Below the pieces are notes generated by a model. It did not search any database and was not told the DNA's origin. It saw only the letters and a list, made by a program, of their open reading frames with translations. DNA of 61,334 nt, counting the filler, from Platydemus manokwari (lineage: Eukaryota): NCBI GenBank assembly GCA_037951405.1. It is 6 parts of 6 records of this genome, joined end to end, with 100 filler letters (N's around TTAATTAATTAA, not from the genome) between each part and the next. Parts side by side here need not be neighbours in the genome. Positions count along the whole stretch, not along the records: positions 51,307 to 61,334 come from JBBMOY011177433.1; 5 more parts are not named here. One strand, given 5' to 3'. Positions 53,097 to 61,334 of the stretch are shown one piece after another. The position numbers were made by a program, and so were the translations under genes. How positions within the stretch are numbered: the first letter of the stretch is position 1; each line of letters starts with the position of its first letter.

Positions 53097-55938
53097 CTAA
53101 ATAGCAAGTAAATACAGACACAACACAGTTTATAAAAAGAGTCGACTCTCGAGAACAACTGTCAATTATTGCGATCACTATTTGTTAACTATATTTGATT
53201 CTTTTGAATGCTGAACCAGCCATGTGATTTGACATTGATTCTCGGACTGGCTTTCATTTTGCTTAATAATGTTATTGATTGATTAAGTGATATTACATTC
53301 CAGTGTTCTCATTTGTGAGTTTCATAATTTAACAATACATAAGATTTAATAATAGGTAAAATTTAATCAATTATAAACACTATTTATTATAAAACTATGA
53401 ATTTTCGTATAAGTGACTTCTCTTAGGGTCATGATTTTATTATTCAAATCCTAGTGCAAGTTCCATACTACCTGTTGAAGAGCAATGCCAATCGCAAAAA
53501 CCGAAGTTTAATTTAAAATTCATTTTTTAGAAAAATTTGCATTCAATCAAATTTAATTCATCTCTCAACCACCCGAAATTACAATTTTACCCAAACTTAT
53601 ATGTTAAAAACAAGGTTTAACAAGTGAATACTTTGACAGCGTACCCCGTTTGTGCTGAAATATAGATTTTTTTTAAAATATGAAAGATGTTATAATATAG
53701 GTAAGCTCCTTTCGAACGATTATTATTATTTGAAATCGTACTAAGTGCTCGATAAATTCATTTTTCTCAACGCTATTTCTCTCAGTAAAAGTTAGTTCTC
53801 TTTTCTGTCGAAATATTTTGTGTGAGCTAATTTTCTGATTTTTCTACTGCTTATACACTGTTATCTATTACGGATTATGAATAATTATTTTTGTTCATTA
53901 TTTTCTTTGTTCCTATTGGATTTAAAAATTATTTTATAAATCCACTACATTATTAATCTCGATTTTTTTCGCCTACTTTAATTAATTATAATTTTTATTT
54001 CGTCCATATTTATAGATTTTATTATAATTTTATTATTGTTATTCTCGAAAATATAATTTCATAATAATTCCACCAGTCATAGATCTTTTATTATAATTTT
54101 ATAATAAAAAATATACATGTTTAAGTCAAAATTTTCTTCATATTCAAAAATAAATTATATACATTTCATACAAAGATGATCACAAAAATCACAAAGTCTC
54201 ATAAAAATAAAATCACAAGGTTTCTTCATCGATGACTACTTTCCAATTGAATCGGGGCTTTCATAGACTTTGATAGGAAGATTAGGTTTTTAATTGGGAT
54301 TCTATTTTCTGATAAAACTGATAACCTGAATTGATTAGATGATCCACCTTGTCAAGGCAATTGAAAAACTGAAGGTAGATATTGATAAATTGATAGCTGT
54401 TATTGAGATGATTGAGATTTAGATGTTCGAGATTTATTTGTCGTTACAGCTCTGTAACACTTCGATCGACGTTTAGTGAATATGTCAGGTCTCCTAAGAG
54501 CTTAGATTTGTTTTTTCAGCTTATTTTTCATTTTTAAATGCCATCAACTTGATTTCAGACCTTAAGTATACCCTTAACAATCTAAGACTTATTTATTTAA
54601 GTTTTCATTTATTTCAATATCTGAACATTCTTTTTCACTATCTAATTTTCATTTACCATTACAATGACTTTTAAAAATTAAATTCAAGTTTCTTTATGAC
54701 TGTGTCATTTAGTGGTGATCACAATCCGAGTTATCCTACAATGAAACTATGCAGCTCGACTGTCAAGATGGTGTGTCTTCTTTCGGGGTTCTCGGTAATT
54801 TTCAAAATTATTTTTATATATTTTCATATATATATATCAGGATTTGCATTATTTTGTTGTTTTTATGTAATATGAAAGTGTAAGATTACACTAATTCTGC
54901 TTAATCAAAATTATAAACATCAATTACAATTTTAATTTAATCAAATCGCAAAATTATTATGACCTCAAAACGTTCTCACAATAACTAAGTAATAATCAAT
55001 TCACAACTGGATCAACACGTGAGGGATAAAAGAGAAACAAAGATTATAAAAGATGAAGACACAAAAGAATAAAACAGACCAAAAAATACCGATTATAGAA
55101 GACTGGCAATTTCTTCCCAAATCTGACCCATTTTGTAGACCTACCAAGTATGTCTGTATAATGTCCTGTAGCTTTATCTTTTTATTCACTAGTTCACGAT
55201 TAGATTATCTCCAAACTCTTATGCCATTGGCTTGCTTTGATACTTGTTGTCTGCTGTGAGTGTGTATCAGCTGATGGTTTATTAATGGTTTTGAATTCTG
55301 GGAGATGTCAAGTTGGTTATTGGAACGTGACCTCGTTGAATCTGTGTGTATTTCCAGGGTTATTTCGAAGTGCCCCTAATTATCTTGTTTGTATTTCTTA
55401 TACCAACTCTTCACATTTATTGAATACGTGAGACTATCATTCGACATCATATAAGTACTTCCTGCACAGTATACTTCCTATATATCTTTGTTCAACGTTG
55501 GGAGAATGTTTGAACATGATTTATAGATGAAATGAAATTATTTTATCGGTGGTTTGGATGTATCTGTAATTTGGATATGTGTATATAACGTCGAGTATTT
55601 TCTAAATTTTTATATTAATAATTTTGTAGGTCAAGAAAAAAATAAAATAGTTAGAAGAAATAAAATCAAATTTCATGCATTATTTTAAATTTACACTAAA
55701 TAACATCTATTGCAAAATACAAAATGTACAGAAAATAATTCTTATATTGTGGTCTAAAGAGAGACATTCGCTTAATTGCCATAACTAAATATTTAAATAA
55801 TTGGTCATAACGATTTAATTTTAATTAAGAAAACACATGTTCAGTATTTTGTTTAAATATTCACATTTTATGAAGGTTCAACAAGCTAATAGTGAGATTC
55901 TTTAAAGTAGTTATATTTTCATACTAATTTGTATTTAG

Positions 55939-58379
55939 ATGAATAAATATTCTCAAATAGATATTGCTGTTAAAAATGTGAAGTCACCAATTAATATAAT
56001 TACTTTTTCAAATTTATTAAATTTTGTAGCTGTTGGAAGGCACGATGGAATAGTTGAAATATATGACTTATCCCAAAATTTCTTATTACTTGCTAAAATT
56101 GTAATTTCAAACACAAATCCTGTGGATGGGCTAAAATTTATGAAATTTAAGAATGATGTTAAACTTTTCGGAATTTCATCAACTAAATTATTCGAAATAG
56201 ATCTTAGTAAAAATTATGTTAAACAAGAAATATTATTTCACAGTAGTAATTGTTCTCGGTCAATTGTGCAGGCTGTTGATAAAATCATTGTCGGTTGTGA
56301 TGGAGGATATTTACATATTTATGAATATGTATCAGAACTGAAATTTCTACGCACTATTCATAATTCTAGTGAATCTATACTTTCCATGGCATTCAGCAAA
56401 AAGATGATGGATTATGTATTTGCTGGTACACAAGGGAGAATGTATAAAATAAATCTTTCAACTAATAATTCCGATTATTTCGATTTAATCAAAGAAAAGA
56501 ATCGATCACCAACTTATATTTGGTGTTTGGAGTTTGTTGGGTAAGGCATTATTTTTAAAATAATTTCAATACTTTTAAAATGTAATTTATTTCGAATTTT
56601 ATGAAGGTTTTAACATGATTTAATATTAATTATATTAGAAAATACCTATGCAGTGGAGATAGTAAGGGTGCCATAACGATCTGGAATCCTGAAACATTTG
56701 GCATAATTCAATGTTTTCAAACGCACAAAGCCGATATTTTAACGATTTCAGTTGGTGTAAATTGTTTATTTGCAAGTGGATCCGATCCACAACTGGTTAG
56801 ATTAGATCTCGATGGTGATAAATGGACCGAAGGGTCCAGAAGATATGGAATAACTGGAGATATCAGATCATTATGCTGCACCAACAATACATTGATAGCA
56901 GGTGGATTAAGTTGCAGTTTGCACATTTACGATTTGTTTCCAAATCATAATGAGCGACCTGATAAACATTTAAGAATTGACGATCTCCCGCCATTGGGTG
57001 AAATCCACCAGTTTGACACAGATCGAACGGTTTTGTTTACCGAAATGAATAAATCGATCAAAATATATGAAATCAACAGCAAATCGCACACAAAGTGCGT
57101 TCTCCGTACGATTAAACCTTCAAACGAAAGCCATCTCCAAGCATGGAGCGCCTCGAAATCGCTTAAATATTTGGCCTACTCCACCAATAGCGAAACACGA
57201 GTGTTGAAAATGCAATTTTCCGATCACAAACGATCATTGAGTGTTGATTTGAAACGGTTTAACGCAGTTGAATTCACCAATTCTCACAAAGCCGAAGGCC
57301 AGAGTGTGTGTTTACCGCCATCATATCTGTTGAAATTTATCGAAATGAAACAGAAAACCTTTCTGCTGCTCGTCGAATCGTTTGTGACGAATGTCAAATC
57401 GGATAACAATTCGAGATTATTCATTTACGAAATCATTGAAACGGACACGAAACCGATTTTAATCACATCGATTTTGGCGAAAGAAGAAAACTATTTCAAT
57501 GGTGTTCATAAATTGGAAATATCTGACAATGGCGAATTGATCGCCTTTTCGACATTGGACGGTTTATTGTTCATTTATTCGCTCGACAAATTGGCTATCG
57601 TGAAAAAGGTCGCTCGTCAAGTCGTTCCCAACAAGAAAGACATTCCACGAGTCGTTTGTATGAGATTCAATTCCCAATCGACGAGTTTGGTGGCGATTTA
57701 TTCGAATAAAAAGGTTTGGAAAATGGATGTCAACGAGACGAAGCCATCGAAATGGTGTACGGCATTTAACAGTAATATGAAGAAAGAATGGATGCACTTG
57801 ATTCCACGAGACGTCGAATTTCTCGACGATAACAAATTGGCCATTCTCATGACAAAAGGACTGATCGTACAAATTAATATGGAAAAGGTAAAGCGATATG
57901 TGTAAAATGATATGTGTGTATATATATTGATAATGATAATTAATGACAGCCTGCAATCGTTCCTGGCAATGTGCCATTGTTCAATAAGAGAAAAATCTCC
58001 AAATATATCAAAGAAAAATCAGTGGTCAATGAAATCGCTTCAATCAATAAAAACATTAACAAAATGAAGAGAATTATCGATCTATTGACAACTCGAAATG
58101 ATGTTGGAGCCTTGAAAGGTTACCAGAAACGATTGGAGAGATATCAGAAGAAAAAGAGCAAATTACAATCAATTGAAGTTGATACAGAAACTGATACTTG
58201 TTTTTCATGGGATTTTTTGAAAAAGGTTTTGAAATTATTGATTTGATATATTTGATTGGATTGTTTAGGATACGGTTATGTTGAAATATCTTTCAGATCA
58301 AAACAGAATTATTTCTGTCAGTCTTGAGGATGCCGATCAAATTGATTTCACTTACAGAAAAAAAATTTTCGGATTATAA
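55939..58379 (+). CDS. UTP4: U3 snoRNP-associated protein 4 / cirhin, WD40 protein, about 745 aa (exons 55939-56540, 56639-57887, 57950-58225, 58269-58379)
   Basis: VAVGRHDGIVEIYDLS; IWCLEFVGKYLCSGDSKGAITIWN; HKADILTI; DIRSL...LIAGG; C-terminal RKKIFGL match UTP4. All introns are GT-AG and in frame (2238 nt). Confidence 0.85.
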
Positions 58380-58620
58380 TAAATATATATATATTCAACT
58401 CATAGTTGATTGTTTCAATTTTATCGATATGAATTGTTATTGTGATTTAATTATGATTTGTTAAAAAATTCATGGTCATAAACTACAGACTCATGAAAAC
58501 GGATAGCAGAAAATATTAATAAATATTTATTATCTGAACATGGAACCATTAATCCTATGTTGATTAGACAACATTCATTCTGCTTATAAATTGATCTCAA
58601 CATTCTACTATTAATATTGA

Positions 58621-60879
58621 TTAATCCATTGAAGGTAAATCCAATTCCGAACAATCAATTTCGAATCGAATCCATTCCACAACACCGTTGTCTAAATCCA
58701 ATATATGGTTGGATTTTTCTTTCCGATTGAGTTTCATCTAAATAAAATGAAATAATAAATAATATTTGATTGGATAAAATAATAGATGGATAAATTTGAA
58801 ATAAATGTTATACCGAAAGAATAATAAATTTCAGCATTAACAGTCATTTCAAACAAAATAGGCACATAAAAATTGCAAGCCCTTTAACGTCAATATTTTT
58901 TCGACCAATTAGAAATGGTAAATCAGAAGTTTCGTTTCGTTACATTTGAAAATTTATAATTCGAATAAACGTAGCAGTATCAAAATTTATTATTTTCAAT
59001 CATCAAGTTAAGGAATGACAATTTTTAATGATCGATAATAAATATTGGAACGGTTCCAAATTTTATCCACTTCTATTGATTTTGAAATTGAATAAGCACT
59101 ATATTTTTTAAAAACCATTAAAATTCCAATCCATTTTTCAAATAATTTTTTTACAAATTTACTTACCATTTTGGGTTGCAATGCAGATAATTCTTTCCCC
59201 ATGAATTGATAACTGACTTTGATCATTGTTTCAAAACTGTCTTTCAGAATCGCATCATAGTCGCCTTTCTCAAAAATCAGATAAAGATCTTGATTTTCTT
59301 CATTGTTTTTATTCAATTCCAATCGCATTTTATATCTTGATATAATTAAAATCATTCAAAACTGCACCATCATAAAACAATTGTTTTAATCTCACCCGTA
59401 TTTTCCGGTAAAAAACACCGGTGATTTGGACGATTTTAATTCATTGTCCGTTTCAGAAATCATCCAAACCAAAGTGCCGTTGAAACTAGTCAATTGGATA
59501 TCAGTAATTGAGTTTTCGAGCAGTTTCATAAGTTCTTTCTAGAGTGAATAACGTTTGTTGGATAAATATATAGTTTCTATGGAAACCACTACCAGTGATG
59601 ATTTATAATATTATAATTGTATAAAAATAAAACTTGTATAATGATATCGTTATAAATAATGGAAAATGGAGAGAAGTATTGGTGCTATAATCGTAACTGT
59701 TGGAATGATAATAAAGTTTTCAATATCTGAAAACAGGCCATCAACATGTTATCCACCCAAGCAACATATATATATGTGCGTGAGTGTGTGTGTGTGGTTA
59801 CGTTGATACTGCATTCTCTCTCAGACAAGTAACCAAAGTTAGAGAATCTAAGTTTAAAATAATAAAAAAAAACTTAGGAATAATATTATTTGACATCCAT
59901 GATGAACGGCCAAAACTAACATCGGGAAATAAAATAATCAATAAAAATAACATAATAAATCCCAATTTTATATATCATTTAAATCGGACATCAAGAAAAA
60001 ATTAGCAAGCTTTATCAAAGATATAAAAATCTAAATAAAATGTCATAAAAAATTAAGCAAATTAAACATGCTCAAGCACAAATATTAATAGAAATCAATC
60101 AATATACATATATAAAGAAAATTCTCAATACAAAATAAATTTTCAAATTTAAACATTGAATAGTTTGCATATCATTGACATGATTAGAAAAAATCTTAAA
60201 TCACGAATAATTCTTGTTAAACACATTACGTTGAGGTATTTTAAAAATACATTTCAAAAACTGCAATTGAATGGTCCAATCAAATTGCTTTATAATATCC
60301 TTTATTAATAACTTATAATCATATCAATGGTACACAATTATATAATATATTATATATACTCGTTCATTGAATACCACTGAAATTTTTCCCTTCAGATATT
60401 CAATTTCGGATGATAATTGCCTGGCGGTTTCTATCGGCCCATTTAATTGAGAAATGACTTGACATTGTAACAAGCTCTTATTTTCATTTCCAATATCTAA
60501 ATATTAAAAAACAAACAAACAATATTGTTATGTTGCAGTTTATGATTCCTTACAGAATTCTTTATCTAAACCTAATTCCTTAAGTCGAGCATAAAATATG
60601 TCGAGATGATGATGATACTCCTTTGATCGATGCTCAATCAATTGATCTGGACTTTAGTCAACATATTTTAATTTAAAACATAGAAATGATAATTATTTAA
60701 GTAATAATCTAAATTTAATTAATTATTATTATAGAAAATTAAAGAAGTCTAGGAATTATACAAATAATGGTAGATAATAATAACCTGTATCCCTTCGTGT
60801 CACAACCGTAGGGACACATTAACTTCCAATTTAATTGAATGTTTTCTATCGTTTTATCATCGATTGAATTTGTTTGCAT
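58621..60879 (-). CDS. Divergent TRAF-like protein (single zinc finger, coiled coil, MATH/TRAF-C; no RING), about 247 aa (exons 60879-60785, 60651-60554, 60496-60375, 59538-59396, 59335-59167, 58737-58621)
   Basis: CPYGCDTKGYSPDQLIEHRSKEYHHHL (TRAF zinc finger); TSFNGTLVWMI...SPVFFTGKYGYKMRLEL...LYLIFEKGDYDAIL (MATH motifs). All junctions are GT-AG and phase-consistent; a small extra exon near 60300 or upstream exons cannot be excluded. Confidence 0.8.
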
Positions 60880-61009
60880 GAAAATATAATAAATTTCCCC
60901 CCTAAGAATAGAAAAATATGATTACATTAAAATAAAGATTTTAAAATTCAAAATTTAATAATAACATACGAGAAAGAACTTAAGAAAAATATTCCTGATA
61001 TTAAATTTT

Positions 61010-61195
61010 AAATTTACCGGGTGTTTTGCAAAACTATATAGTTAATTTAATTAATTATATTCTTTATGAACATTTTGAATTTCTTCAGAAAAATTTTAGT
61101 TGTTAGAAATCAAATATTAAATATATATCAGAGCTTTAAAATCTTCTAAAATATGATAATCTGAAAAACGAATTAAAGTAGGTGAGATTTTGAAA
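61010..61195 (-). mobile_element. MITE family A partial copy
   Basis: ttgcaaaactatatagtt...ttagttgttagaaatcaaatattaa...agagctttaaaatcttctaaa...aaagtaggt is similar to 27710-27880. Confidence 0.65.
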
Positions 61196-61334
61196 TTAAC
61201 AAAAACAGAAAATTAAACAAAATTTGCTTATTTAAATGAAATTGCATATAATTTTCATTATGCAAGAGATTTAGTTACTAGCAGTAAATGGCACATATTA
61301 TTAAATTATTAAAATAGTATCTTTTAAAAATTAT

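Noticed and set aside
54700-55500. Possible Penelope-like element end with a hammerhead ribozyme
   Set aside because: No CTGANGA...GAAA core with pairing stems was found and the protein similarity is too vague.

Overview
AT-rich eukaryotic DNA with introns, most consistent with a free-living flatworm (triclad/planarian); this is inferred from gene content, not proven. The window is not one locus: it is six contigs of about 9-12 kb joined by artificial 100-bp spacers (44N-TTAATTAATTAA-44N), so gene neighbourhoods are only meaningful within a contig. Contig 1 (1-10214) is mostly non-coding. Contig 2 holds the 3' exons of an MFSD6-like transporter with a Gypsy relic in its last intron, LTR and RLE-retrotransposon fragments, and an HSBP1 gene with a U12-type AT-AC intron. 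Contig 3 holds a two-domain small heat-shock protein gene that appears to lie antisense in an intron of serine palmitoyltransferase 2, plus several MITEs. Contig 4 holds a Ly6/CD59-like gene and retroelement debris. Contig 5 holds a Gypsy pol relic, an intronless 433-aa protein made of five tandem CENP-B/pipsqueak-type HTH modules, a type II membrane FkbM methyltransferase and the 3' end of the GDP-fucose transporter SLC35C1. Contig 6 holds UTP4/cirhin convergent with a RING-less divergent TRAF gene. Best leads: the poly-HTH repeat protein, the candidate Golgi glycan O-methyltransferase next to the GDP-fucose transporter, and the minor-spliceosome intron. All gene models were spliced by eye; no searches were run.
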